64,000 bases of DNA, taken from assembly GCA_000708835.1 (NCBI GenBank), contig DF237440.1:1-64000 (forward strand), given 5' to 3'. Made by a program: the position numbers and the translations under genes. The notes beneath the pieces are model-generated. The model searched no databases. It was not told the DNA's origin and saw nothing but the letters and a program-made list of their open reading frames with translations. Origin of the DNA: Klebsormidium nitens. Taxonomy: Eukaryota > Plantae > Klebsormidiophyceae. Of this stretch, positions 12,101-24,743 are shown one piece after another; position 1 is the first letter of the stretch, and every line of letters begins with the position of its first letter.

Positions 12101-15100
12101 CGTAACCGAGCGATCGTGCCAGCACTGCCAGATTGTGGTCTCCCCGAAGTGCCCGGACCTTAGGACCTTTCCACGAACTGTTCATTTTTCGACTACTGAA
12201 CTCTCTTCTTTTCCAGGGGCGTCCGCCTGACCACTGTTTTTGGGAGCACGGAGACTGGCTCTGTGGCGTTTGGCTTCCCCGGGGGGGGCCCTTCGTGGAG
12301 TGCCTTCAGATTGCCGGGACCCCGGTGGGCAGATCACATTCGGTTTGTGGAGAGCCCCGTGCCTGGCCACGTCATCCTCGGCGGGATGGCAACACTTCCG
12401 GGAATGGCGCAGGGGTACTTACAGTCGGTGGATCGGCAAACCGGGCAGATGACAGTAGGAACGGGGGACAAGACGTCCACTCATGCGCTCAGAAACTTGT
12501 GCCTTCCTTTGCTCTTGGTGTGGTTCTCCAGTGCACGCCCATAGCAGAGGAAGATTCCACGACGAGAAAGAATGCACAAGAGAATAAAACGTGTATCATC
12601 ATCACAGGTTTTGGTCACGCACTCTTAGTGATCAGAGCTCGTGAGTAAGGATTACCGACGCGTTGGTTCCGCAACGCCCAGCAGAACTCTGCCGACTCCG
12701 ATGTCTTTCCTAAATTTAAAACCTCTGTTTCCGCAAATCCTGTTACAGATTCGCTCTCTCGTCCCGACCCCCCGACGAGCCCTACCAAACGAGCGACCTA
12801 TTTAATGCCTTTGAACGTAAACATACCCTTTAACTCCGGCTTGTCTCATAGTCAACTTCTTCCTTCTCTTTGAGCCAATAACGTTACGGTAAACGTACCC
12901 GTAACCCTCTGATTACGACTTCAAACCCTGTTACAGATCCGCCCTCTCGCCCCGTCCCCCGACGTGCCCTACCAAACGGGCGACCTCTTCACGGTCTACC
13001 CCCCTTCCTCGGACGGCCGCACTTGGATCAAGTCCGTGATTCGTGCGGACAACTTGCTGGTTCACACGACCGGGGAGAAAACCAACCCGACAGCCTTCGA
13101 GGGGGCCGTGCAGGAGCTGCCGTTCATTAAGGTTAGGCTTTCTAATCCACAGAATTAAGACTGGGTGGTTGGCAATAGCTGTATTTTGCGGGGCTGATGC
13201 GTACCCGCCAGCGTTTGAGAGTCCTTCCAGGCCAAAAGGTTGAAATTGGTTAACCAGTGATCGTTCGGGGTTCGCAGAATGCCTGGAACTTGCCGCAGTT
13301 GCCCCCTGCTCCCAAAACCTGAGCCTTTTATCTGACAATTAGTGACATCAGCATGACCTCTGCGGGCAAAATAAGAGCATTCGAGCGAGCATCCCTCGCT
13401 CCGCTCAAGATATCTGGTTTCAGAGAAGATAGCCCGTGCCTAAGTTACCTTTCCTTCCCGTCGCTTGATTTGTCGAAGTGACGTAAACGACGACACGTGT
13501 TGCAGGATGTGATCGCGGTGGGCAGCGGTTACCCGCGGCCGGGGCTGGTGGTCAAACCGTACTGGGCGGCTGTGGAGCAGCTGACGTCAGTGAGTCAAGA
13601 AAAGGAGGTACGTCAGCACCGTCCTATCCTGGCTGATAAGCGCTGCCGTCCCGACTGCTCGATGACGTTTTTGAGGCGTTACAAACCAACACAGAGACAT
13701 TTTGGTGCTGAACAGGTTGAGTAACCCGCACTAGGTCTTGTTATCGGATAGACAAGCGGGCTTAACATATGTTACCGGTTTGTTCACATACTGTCAGCTT
13801 CTAACCAGCCCGTTACCCATCAAGGTTAACCACCGAAAACCCTGTGGAAGTAGCACTTCCTCCCGAACCAGTTCCCTTACTGAAGGCTGAGCTTCTCGAC
13901 GTCCCGGTTCCGCTCTGTTTGCTCATGCACCAGGCGTCTTTTACAAGCGACTCTTTCCAAAGCGCTCTCGGGAAGTACAGGAAAAGCTTCCGACAGAGCT
14001 GCATACCGCGGCGAACCCCTGCATCGCCCCGCGACCGAAGTGCTCGCAACATACTTACTTCCCGACCGTCGGATTTTCGGATCCTGGGCCATTCATCGTC
14101 CATTTAGAGCTCTTTGAGGCTGCTCCTAGTCGAAGCGACGCGCCTTCTTCGAGGTTTTGAACGCAAGCTTATTTCGTTTCCTTGTTTCCAGGAGTGGGTG
14201 CGAGGCCAGGTGTGGGCGTTGGTCCAGGCGATCAACAAGAAGATGCCGTCCAGTTCGTGGGTCGCGCGAGGCGCCATTTGCGTTCTTCCCCCACACGATT
14301 CCGAAGAGGTGGGGCGGTTCCCTGATCGAGGTCCTAGGCTCCTGCAACCAAGCTTCTCTGGCGAGATATGCCGTGTGGATCAAGAGGGAGAGAGAAACTG
14401 CCCTGCCATTGGTTTGGGCAATGTGCTAGATTCTTCCAGCCTTTTCTCTGGGCGAGGCGACTCTGTGAAAATCGTTTTTCTTTATCGGCACTTTTCCCAA
14501 AGTAGATCTTTGACGAGATGAAACCTGTGTAGAGGTAAGTTCTACGCTGAGTCATGAAGATGCTCCGCTGAGTTGCCTCCTGTTGCTTGTTTGATCAGAT
14601 CACCATTCCCCGGACGGTCAAGGGCGAGGTAGCACGTGGCCCAGCGAACGAGCTCTTGAAGAGCCACGTGGCCGCTATGTTCGCGGGTCTGGAAGCGCCG
14701 CCACAAAAATCTGTCGCTCCGGTGTCGAACGGTGTACAAACGAAGGTCAGCGCTCCCATCTTCGATGGTTAAGCTTCACTTGAATGCTGCTCATGCATTG
14801 CCCAGCTGGTGTCTTCTTTTATTGAAACACCTTCTTCCGCTGAGCAATACTAGTCCGTGTTTGAATTGTTGCTCTGTATAACGCTGGGATCCTCGGGGGG
14901 CATGTGTCTACATGTATTGTTTGAAGGACCCCTTTGAGTACAGTCAGCAGAAGCCGGCATGCCCAAGGCACTTCCTAGTCGAAGCAGATCAGCCTCCATT
15001 TGAAAGATCCTGAAAACGACGTTCTCACTGAAAATTCTAAAGCTGCTGAGTTCCTCAAAACACTTTGTGGAGATGCTTGGGACTCAAACGAAGTCTCGTT

Positions 15101-18100
15101 CTGATATCTGCAGGAAAAGGTTGTGGATTTTGAAGAAGTTTTGGACACCGTCCGCCGGACAGCCGCCCAGGTCTTGGGGCTAGATGCCCAAGAACTGGAC
15201 GCTCAGCCAGGCGGTGATCCGCCCCGGCTTTTGGATATGGGCCTCAGCAGTTTGACAGCAACCGAGCTGGCCCAGGTAAGTCCTCCCGGGCACTTTTTGT
15301 CGTTGGCACGGAAAGCGCCCAAGATTGCAGAAGAACTTACAAGGCGTTTAAGAACTGTCACTGGGTAGGCTTGTCCGGTCTACTCACGTACAGATACTTT
15401 CACATTCAGCCAGTGTAGGCTCTTGTTTGATCTGAGATATGGCAGAATCCACCTGTGAGAAGAGTCTCGTGCTTACGGCGCTGAATGGAACGGCTGCGAA
15501 GCTCTCTGTTCGTTGTGCAATCAACTTCCACTTGTTAGCAAAGACTGAATCAAATAAGAACCCCCCACGCTTTGATTTTTGTGTCGCTCTCATTCCGGTG
15601 CAGGCAATTGCTGAGTACGTGGGCGTCCCTTTTCCGGCGACCATGTTGTACGAGGACGTTCCTGATGTGGTCGCCCTCGCCAAGTGGGCGGCCTCCGCCT
15701 TGCAAACTGAGGCGGAGCATGCGCCACGATCAAACGGGGCGGTGAGAGAAATCACCACAGCCGAGCGAGCTCTCTCCATTCCCGTAGTAGATTTCCCGCC
15801 GTTGATGACTGTTGTTTCTGAACCATTTTGAATTGCAAAGTTGTTTCTATCACTAGAGCATATCGTTTGCATCGCACTTTTTTATTTTTGTACTCTGTAT
15901 ATCTTTTCACTCTTTCGAACTGATTGTTTTCTGTCTATCTTTTTTTCCAAAAACAGAAACAATTATCAGCTTCTAGCCTCGCTTTTGCAGGTCTCCGGTA
16001 CCACTTTGAACCACGGCCCCAACGGTGTTGCGCCGGAGGGCAAGGGAATTGTTCTCCTTCTGACGGGCGCTACTGGATTCATTGGCTCGCACGTATTGAA
16101 GGTGAGTTTGGCGGGCGACATAAACGCCAGTTACCACGGCAGACGTGTCGCCCACACTTGCAAGAAACGGCGACCGCTGAAGGGAGATTGATCGTTCCGC
16201 CTGATTAAATCACTGTTTTTGCGAGCAAGCGCGCTCAGCGCCTTATCAAGCGTTAGAGCAGAACCATCTAGTCCGTCTGCTTGTCTAGAATACAGAATAT
16301 CCCCTGGACATCGTATCTAGACAGTCCTAGGACTATGGCCCTAAAACTTCTTGGCGGACTTACTCTGGTAGTAAGTACTTCTCAACTACTGTAGATGAAG
16401 TAATTTCCTTCCGATCCTTCAGAAACCTGAACCCCAAACCTGTCCATTTGCAGAATCTCCTGAGCCGCCCCGCCGACGAAGTGGCGACCGTGGTGTGCCT
16501 GGTCCGCGGGCCGTCGGTCGCCGCCTGCCACGCCCGGCTGCAGCAAGCCCTGCTGCGAACGGGCAAGGGGAGTGAGTCTAGAAACGGGTGAGGAAACGTT
16601 CCGTAGAAAGGGCTGGGGTCTCCGGAAGAAGCCAGTGCACGGTCTTTAGAGGCCCTCTCAAACCAGCTTAGAATGTTGACAACAGAGACCAGAACAAAGA
16701 TCAGAGAGCAGGTTTGCCCCCCTTCGTTTCGTCCTCACTTCGTTGGAAAATATGTGTAATAACCGTTCAGCAGATAGGTAATTGAAAGGGATGCACTTTA
16801 ACCGTTTGTGGAGCAACCATGCTGGCTTTACGCCTGGTTCTGCTGCCCGAGTATGTTATTGCGGCCGCCATTTCTCTCAGCTTGGGTTCGCAGTCCCAAA
16901 ATCTAGCAAGAATCAAGCGGAGATTCTCTGAGCTTTCAAAGTACATCATTCCGGCAGGTTCTACCGAGATAAGACGGAGAGCCGCCTAGCTTCCATTGAG
17001 ATTCTCTGCTTCCCTCCAGGTTCGACAGCGCCCGGGTGGTCGTTCTGCCCGGCGACCTGCAGAAGCCGCTCCTGGGGATGACTCCCGACCAGTGGCGCTT
17101 CTGGGGCGAGCGCGTTCACACCGTGATCCACTGCGGGGCAGCCGTGCACCTGACCGCCCAGTACGAGAAGCTCGCGGAGGCCAATGTGAAAAGGTGCGCC
17201 GCAAAGCATGCTTTTGAAGGCAGCCCCAGTCTTTTAGCCATAGATGGTTCGAGGAGCTTTCAACAAGGATCGAGCATCTCGCCGATCGCACGGTCACCAG
17301 CGCGACCGTGGGTAACGCCAAAGCCGCCATGACTTGGCTGTTCCAAAATGCACCTAATTTCACTTTTGGGTGATTGGACAGTACTCAGGATTGTCTTCAG
17401 AGAGTGACAGCTGGCCAACGTCTGTTTGCAGCGTGCAAGAGGTCGTCCGCTTCGCCCTTCAAGGATCTGGACCGCCAAAGCCCGTCCACTTCGCATCCAG
17501 GTGAACAGCTGCTCTTGATCCTTTTGACATTTCCCTCTGCGCGAGGCATCATTGATTCTCCGTTTGCCAAGTTTAGGCTCGTAAGATCTCCTTCCGGCTC
17601 GTGTCGTAATGTTACTCGGGTATATGCTTTCTCTAATCATTGCGGACTTTGCAGCTCTACGAAAGCTGAGAGTCTTGTGTCTCTGTCTTGGCGCACCTGA
17701 CCATGTATTCTCGGTACCCGCCCCTTTTCAAGATTGTGCATCGGTCCTTTAAATTTACAACTGGAAAAATACGCGCTCCAAACCCCAATCCACCCTAACT
17801 ACCAAACCAACCCCACCCGTCCCCCGGGCGCCTATCTGAAGGCACACTGCGGTTAGGGCACTCTTGAACTTTCAGAGTTTTAAAAGGCATGCAATGCGTA
17901 CCTAAGTTTCCGCTTTTCGTCCCAGCGTGTCGGTGAGTTTCTTGATGGACCCTGCTCACAAAAACGGTGAAACGGGGGTGATACCGGAGGCAGTCGACTT
18001 TGTTGAGAGGCGCGGAGCTAACCAGATGGGGTACGCGCTAACCAAGGTAAACACGCTCGGGAAGTATGACATCACGTGACTGGTAAAGTTGACGCCGAGA

Positions 18101-21100
18101 CATTCAAACCCCTCTGCAGCTCGGACTTAGCAGACGTCGCATGATGGGCCGATTCTCACTCAGGTCGTGTTCTTGTTGCGGCTCACGTTTTGTCGCCTCG
18201 CTGATGTCTTGATTTCTAGTGCGGCTTCGATTTGTTCGGGGTTTTAGGTGCCCGCTTGAAGACTTCGAGATTGAGATAGAGGTGGACTAAAGCTGCAGAA
18301 GTGGTGACCGGGAACGATCGCCCGCTGTTACCGCGAATACAAGGTGCAACCGGACGTGATGGAGCTTGACGAATTGTTCGTGCAGCGGAAAGCGGAGCTG
18401 GCTCTTGCGGCCGCGGCGCAGGGCACCAGCGTCCCAGTTTTCATTTACCGGATCGGGTTAGTGGTGGGTTCCACCGAAAACGCCGGGCTGGGCGCCGCCG
18501 ATAACATGTTCACGTGGCTGATTCGGGCCGCGAAAACGTTCAAAAAGTTGGGCTGGGTTCGATGGTTGTGACTTATCTGGGTCGTCTTGTGCTGACCGTC
18601 AAAATTCATGCCTTTTGTCCTGGGCTAAGTGTGTAGGGCCGAGGAGGAAGTTGATCCGCCGTGGAGCGTTTAGTGAATAAAACATGTGCTCACATACTAA
18701 CCTTCTGTGAGCTCGAGTGTCCCGGCTGCACTTATTCTGCATCCTACCGAGTTTCTCTTCTTCTAGTGAAGGTCAGGGAAAATTCTTTCGATGTTCGCGC
18801 GCTCCGAGTCCAAGATTTGGGGGGGGAACTTTTGCTTCTGTTCCTCTCCTCAGGTGAAGTTTAAGCCAGGAATATTTGACCGAGCAATCGCTTGAGAAAT
18901 GATGGTCGAAAAAGCTCATCTCTTGTGCAAACAACTGACGCATCTTCAAAACAAGGCTCAACAAGCGTACGTTTTTTGCAGCTTCCTCGTCTGGGACCGA
19001 ATCCATGGATGGGCATCCCCGTTGATTACATTGCAGCGACTTGGGCTACCCTTTGCCTTCGCAACACTCGGTGAGAGCTCCCTGGTAACTCTTAGTTCAA
19101 ATAAGAGCAAATTCACTCACGACAAGCATTTGGATGACGGTCGGGTTGTTGGGTGATTAAGGTGAGTTCGCGTGCGGAGTGCGTAGATCTCTGGATTAAG
19201 ATTCGTGGTTTAGTGAGCGGGTAAAAGCTTTGAAGTGGAAGGGGGGTTACCTTGTGGTGAGAGCAATCATTAGCACATCCAAGGCTCTCTTCCTTGCTGA
19301 AGAAGTGACTGGTGCGATCTGTTACAGTGACTTTGGGGGTCCCTATCTGAACCCACTGACAAAAGGAAATGGCACATGACGGCTGCGTCAAGACCTCTTG
19401 ATGAAGGTTCGACTCGTTTCCTCTCAGGGTCGTTCCGGAAGAGCTCCCCGTCTACCACTTGATTCCGTTCACGCCCCAGAGCTGGGACGACATCTATGAG
19501 GTGAGCCCTTTTGCCTAGGGTCTGAGTTCCACAACCCTTGATTCCAATCAAAAAGTCCCTGATTTTATACTGTACCGTCCAGAGGTTTGTTTGACTGAAT
19601 GCAATTCATTAACGTCGTTGACATTCCATCAGAAGTTGGTGCTTATTGCGCTGCTGGATCCTGACACGCATCAGTCGTTCTCTACCCGCTTTGTGCACGA
19701 CACCCCGTCCAAGTGGGGCAGCGTTAGATCTGCATTAGTAAGACAGGCCCACTGCTTGCCTTCACAAACCGCGTTTCCTTTGTCCAGCTCATAAGCGTCG
19801 TTTATACCTACAGGCGATGCGCAGCAACGGGCTTCCATTCGAGACCATCCCTTCAGTGGCCGAGTGGGCTGCGGACGTCCGCACGGCATCAAAAACGGAC
19901 CGCAAGATCATCCAGTTCCTGCCGCTCATTCCCCTGCTGGAGGTGGGGCGTAACGCTGGCTCCGCTTCTGGACGAACGTTACCGGCCTTTCTCTTTGCTG
20001 CACGTGAATCCTCTTGTTGGTCGAATCGTCGCTACACTTCCGAAGTTTGCAAGCCAAGATCGTGCGGTAGGATCTACGTTACGAAACTCGAGCACGGTCT
20101 TTCTCCCATGCAAGAGCATCCTGAGTCCGGCTAGTTTCCGCCACCTTGGGTCCATCTTAAAGACACAGGTAAGCTGCGAGGTCCTGTTTCGTTATTAGCC
20201 CAACAGTCCCTCTTTGGTCGTTCTCCCAGGCGAAGTGAACCAGATCAAGGCCCCGCATTTTGAAGCCAGAGTTTAGTGCGGGGCTCACTTCCTTTCGGTA
20301 CTTTCCTTGCAGGGTCTCGCTGCAAGGCCGGGTCTCAGCTTCGCAACGGAGCGCACGCGCCGCGCACTGAAGGTGGGTCCCCGTTTTCAGGATTTCCAAA
20401 CAACTCACAGCTGTAACACTTGAAGGCTCTCCGAACTCATGTCTAAAAATGTCTAATTCGGACCAGAGAATCGGTCCGAAACAAGTCCAAACGGAGTCCA
20501 ACTACGATCTGAATAAGGTCCGAAGCAACAGCACCACATGCCTGATTCAGTCCGAAAGAAGTCCGAGTTGGATCCGAACGGAGTCCAAACCGCACTTTGA
20601 TCTGAATCCTCTTTGGACCTGGTTCGGACAAAATTGTTCTCACGTTGCGTGGCTCGTTCACAAACCTTCTGAGCGAAACGTCTCGCCTGCCCCGCTCCCG
20701 ACACAAAGCAGCAAACTTTCAAGCGCCGAGCGGATCATGAGATGCCCAGCTTCGCCCTTTTGACGTCCTGAGAAACACCGTACACTAATTATGAAAAAGC
20801 CTTCTCAATTTTAGCCGAGTCGCGTTTCTCAGGTGCCGTGAGACATGCCTAACCATTGAAATGCCGTCTCAGGGTCCAGTTCCGGGGGCATGGTTAGCCA
20901 GGATTTTGATCTGACTTTTCAAAAGAAGATCCAACATGAGTGAACTTCCAAGTAAAGCATTTCGATTTATCACGAAAAGAATCTGATTGTGCGTCGTGTC
21001 CCGGGCTCTGATTAAATGGGTTGGCAAATCGACGTCCAATTCACTAATCTGTCAACTTTCGTGCAGATGGCGGGGGCCAAATTGCCCACGCTTGTCAGTG

Positions 21101-21138
21101 CCGAAGATCTGAGGCTACTTTTGCAAGCGGTCGTTTGA
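6158..21138 (+). CDS. NRPS-like adenylation-thiolation-thioester reductase (A-T-R; carboxylic acid reductase type), 27 exons, about 1141 aa
   Basis: Exons: 6158-6253, 6553-6648, 7036-7218, 7495-7572, 7944-8147, 8822-8926, 9506-9640, 10377-10507, 11236-11331, 12217-12454, 12937-13131, 13506-13607, 14192-14308, 14599-14745, 15114-15275, 15604-15741, 15991-16101, 16454-16587, 17020-17193, 17432-17500, 17926-18046, 18386-18556 (weak donor), 18982-19070, 19428-19500, 19814-19942, 20313-20372, 21067-21138. All are GT-AG and phase-consistent, summing to 3426 nt. A-domain motifs: HTGGTTGLPK, WMPLFHALG, YSGAPL, FGSTETG, YQTGDL, RADNLLVHTTGEKTNP, PRTVKG. T domain: LLDMGLSSL. R domain: LTGATGFIGSH, CLVRG, GDLQKPLLG, HCGAAV, ANV, GYALTK, YRIGLVVG, PVDY. 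Confidence 0.9.
20455..20630. repeat. Intronic low-complexity array of GTCCGA/TCGGA-like motifs
   Basis: Many GTCCGA(A)/GTCCAAA units, with AACGGAGTCCAA twice and GATCTGAAT twice, inside the last NRPS intron. Confidence 0.55.
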
Positions 21139-22232
21139 CAAGCTTATAGCTGGCCTAGGAATTTCAACAAACGATTTACGATAACCGCCCAGCGAGTATG
21201 GAAGTTCTCAGCAATCCCGCTGAAATAAGCTCATACAGGCCACAGTACACTGGTGTTTGATGATCCCTTTGCTTCGCATCCGTCCTTGAGAGAAAAACTC
21301 GCACGCGTAGCTGCTGGCAGCCATGGCAAAGACCTCGATCACTCTTTTTGTGAAATAACCAGCTAAAGCCGTAACACGACTTTAGCGTTGCTGCTTGTCG
21401 ACTATGATGACATCATGGTTGATATCTCTGAAGTGTGAGAAGCCCCGATCATGCCCTGTACCCGCACTCCGCCCCATGCCTTTGATTCGCACGGGCTATA
21501 AGAGAAGTATCCATCATGGAACGAGAGCCCGTGTGAAAACGACGCATATGAATACCTTGGACTACGCGCGTAGTCATTGCACAAAGGGGTATATGCATAT
21601 GATCAAATAATCGCACGTATGATTCATGATGCATTGCCGCACTAGCTTTGGACGACATTCCCGCACCTGCTGACGGATTGTTGCTTCAACGTGCACGAGA
21701 CGGTTGCGGAGCACGAAGAACTGATGTGGAGTCTTCAAGTATTCACAGATGTCACGAAGCAAAGTCGATCAAGTCACAACGAGATAGCGTTCATAGTCTT
21801 ACTCTTTAGAACAAACACCCTTGTAAAATTACTGAACGAATATCGATCATAGCTAGGTTCAAACGGCATCCTTCTATATGTGTCATAGCGTCGTTAAAGA
21901 ACCGCATGGCCGGATCCGCCTCCATCTCCTTGCACCATGGTCTCTCCGCGGATCTGCTTGAGCCACGTGGCCCCGTTATATGCTTTCCGGCAGCTTTGCA
22001 GCTAAGCAGCTTGCGACACGCACCACTTGAGATTGCAGTTAATTGCTGTACTTGACGAACGCACTAGTCCTAGTGGTCCAACATTTATTACTTTTGCATG
22101 CGAGCTCTGATGCAGTCCATGCAACCGCAGATGAGCTTGGTTGCTCACATGGTGACGTAGACGGCGCCTTTCTTCGAGCCTTCAACATTTCTTGACTCAG
22201 CAGGGACATTGACCAGCTTTTATGAAGATCAG

Positions 22233-22311
22233 AAGAGCACCGGGTTCATGTACGCCCGTCACAATCCCCCGGTCACTTCTCGATATGTAGATCCAGATCG
22301 AGGGTATCGGT
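22233..22311. repeat. Dispersed two-box repeat, copy 2
   Basis: See 4837-4930. Confidence 0.75.
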
Positions 22312-22502
22312 ATTATTATATAGACTTGATCAGGACGGCTCGCCGTTGCGCGCCGCGAGGTCCGAGCTCAGCAAGGCGTGCAAAAACGCCAGCAATCGAG
22401 GGAACGCCCGACGAAGCGCCGAACGTCGGCAACAACATTAGGAAGCTGAACGGGTTTCAAAAGTCTGCGGTTCTGACACTTCAAGCTAAAGCCTAAGCGC
22501 CG

Positions 22503-24198
22503 TCAGATTGATTGGAGCGATATGCCGCCCCGTCTTGCAATAGAGAGAGGTTCTGGCAATCCTAACATCTCATCGGCGGCTGTACACTCAAGCCGAGTAA
22601 AGCGACGTCTTGCGCCGCGTACGCGAGACAAACAAAGCTTCGAACTTCCACTTACCAGCACTTTGAAGCTGAAGCCCAGCCACTCCATGACGGCAGTACA
22701 CTCTTGCATGAGTCGCCGCTCCGCGTGCTGTCCCGATGTTAGCGCGTCGTGCGTCAGCATGACGTCACTCGTGAGCCCCGCTGGGCTTGGTCCTGCGGAC
22801 GCCTTTCCGACTTTCTAGCTTGTACACTCGACGTCGAAACTTCGGCTGACGTCACACTAAGGTCGGGCCCTTTCGCTTTCCGCCATTTGCGGACTCGTTC
22901 GGGACCCGTGCTTCCGGCCGTCCGGCCGTCCGCCTGAATCCACTCCAGCAGTTTGCCGGAGCCGGACTCGTCCGATTGGACCGCTCCGCCGTTTTCTGAA
23001 GGCCGGAACAGGCTCCGTGCTACTCCCACGTTTCCCGCTTTGCGTGTTGCGTCTTCCTCCATTCTGCTCTGCTGACGATTGCAAAGGCAGACGGCGTCGA
23101 GGAACGGTTGGAACCCCTTTGATTCCTCCTAATTAAGACCACGGATTGGTCGCCGCTTCTTCCGCCCGGTGCCGCCCCGGCTGTTCCGTTCAGCCAAGGC
23201 ACACCGGAACCGCACTCGCGCACCGTCTTTCTGCGCGCTACTCTTCCGGGTACCACCGACCAGAACGTTCCAAGCGCCCAATGCCATGCTCTTTGAAGCC
23301 TCTCCTTCGGACCCTGTCAGGACGCTCGTGCTGACGTCTTCAGACTTGGCAGAGCTGACGTCAGATCCGCTTGCCAGCGACGAGGAAACCTTCCCTCTCT
23401 TCTCCACAACCTACTCAATAGGGGGATCAGACGACAGCGACGAAGCGTTTTCCGGAACCCCCCTGGGCCGAAATTGCGCTCCCAGGGGGCTCTTAGGGCT
23501 CCGAAGCGACCCCGCCGCTGTTGTTACTGGGGCTGGGAGCTGAATCAAGAGACACTCTCCGCTTGGGAACGGGAGTCGCGGGTTTGCGTTTGGGGGCTTC
23601 GTCTCCGGTCGGACTTTCGGCGGCCGTGCACCGGAGGTTCTTGCGGGGTACCACTGCTCGCAAGCAGGGTCTTTGCACAAGAAAGAGGAGCTGTCTGTTC
23701 AAACTCGAACCGAAGCAATATTTGTGTCCAAGCGATCTGAGGACTAGGGCATTCTGGATCCGGCTATGTACAATCAAGTCCGTTTCAGCTGTGAGAAGAT
23801 TTGAGGAGAACACTGTGTTGTTCAAAGAAGTTTAGACCAATTTTAGGGTACCTGTAGAGCTGAAAAAGTGTCTCCGTGCCCGTGGCAAGCCCGCGGAAAC
23901 TTCTGACAAGTCCATATTTATGCACCCGGAACAGCAGTTCTGATGCATTCGGCCCCTTTCCCCTGGGCCGCAGACTTCCAGTAGGCCACACTCTTTCTGA
24001 AAGTCCTCCTGCCGACTCTCCGCAGACGCGTTTCCCTTGAGCTGACTCCGATTGCCGTACGATCAGTTCTGACTTTGTAACAACACAGCGTTCTCGCTCA
24101 CCAGCTGGGGCAACCTTTGCTCCCGCTACTCCACTTCCTGCGCTCCAAACCGCACCGAGATTGTTGGCCCCTTTTATTACTTTCCTCGTTTCCCCCAC
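22503..24198 (-). CDS. Probable multi-exon gene of unknown function (low-complexity S/G/E/R-rich segments)
   Basis: Successive minus-strand ORFs have a disordered-protein composition. One exon-like segment, HAERRLMQECTAVMEWLGFSFKVL, is bounded by GCTAAC..GACAG and GTAAGT. No family was recognised. Confidence 0.3.
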
Positions 24199-24743
24199 CT
24201 AGTCGCCCTCCTTTTGGCCACCCCGCCTTTCGTCGTCATGATTGCAGCTTACTTCCGCCGCCAAGCAAGCGAAGGCGAGCCGGAACTCAATGGTAACGCT
24301 CCTAACCAAAGACGTGGTAAGCAGTCGATGTCATTTGCCGCTCGGTCACCATTATCTGAAGGTAGCGGGGCTGTCTCCATTTAAAACTCAGAATACTTGC
24401 GGCTGTCGTCGTAAGTAAGGCTTCTGTGTGCTTGCAGCATCTTCCTAGGAAAGTTCTGGAAGCAACGTCTTTTCTCCTTTTAAGCCTTTTGCAACAAAGG
24501 TGAAGCGTGCGATTGTCGAAAATTGGGTTCTTGCGGCGATTGTCATTGGTTCTGCGCCTGCGGTAGTCTCTAATCAATCTTGTGACGGAATAGCGTCCGT
24601 TCTTTTCGAGTGTCCGGAAGCAGCGTCCGAACACTGAGATTGATGTCTACGGTGCCCTGCAGCGTGTCGGCGTGGTTTAGGTCATTTGGCTTGAGCTTGA
24701 TACCATGATAGCTTGCTTGATATTTTGTGTCACACAAGCCCGG

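Noticed and set aside
22640-22730. HAERRL as a zinc-deaminase HAE motif
   Set aside because: No downstream PCxxC motif was found.
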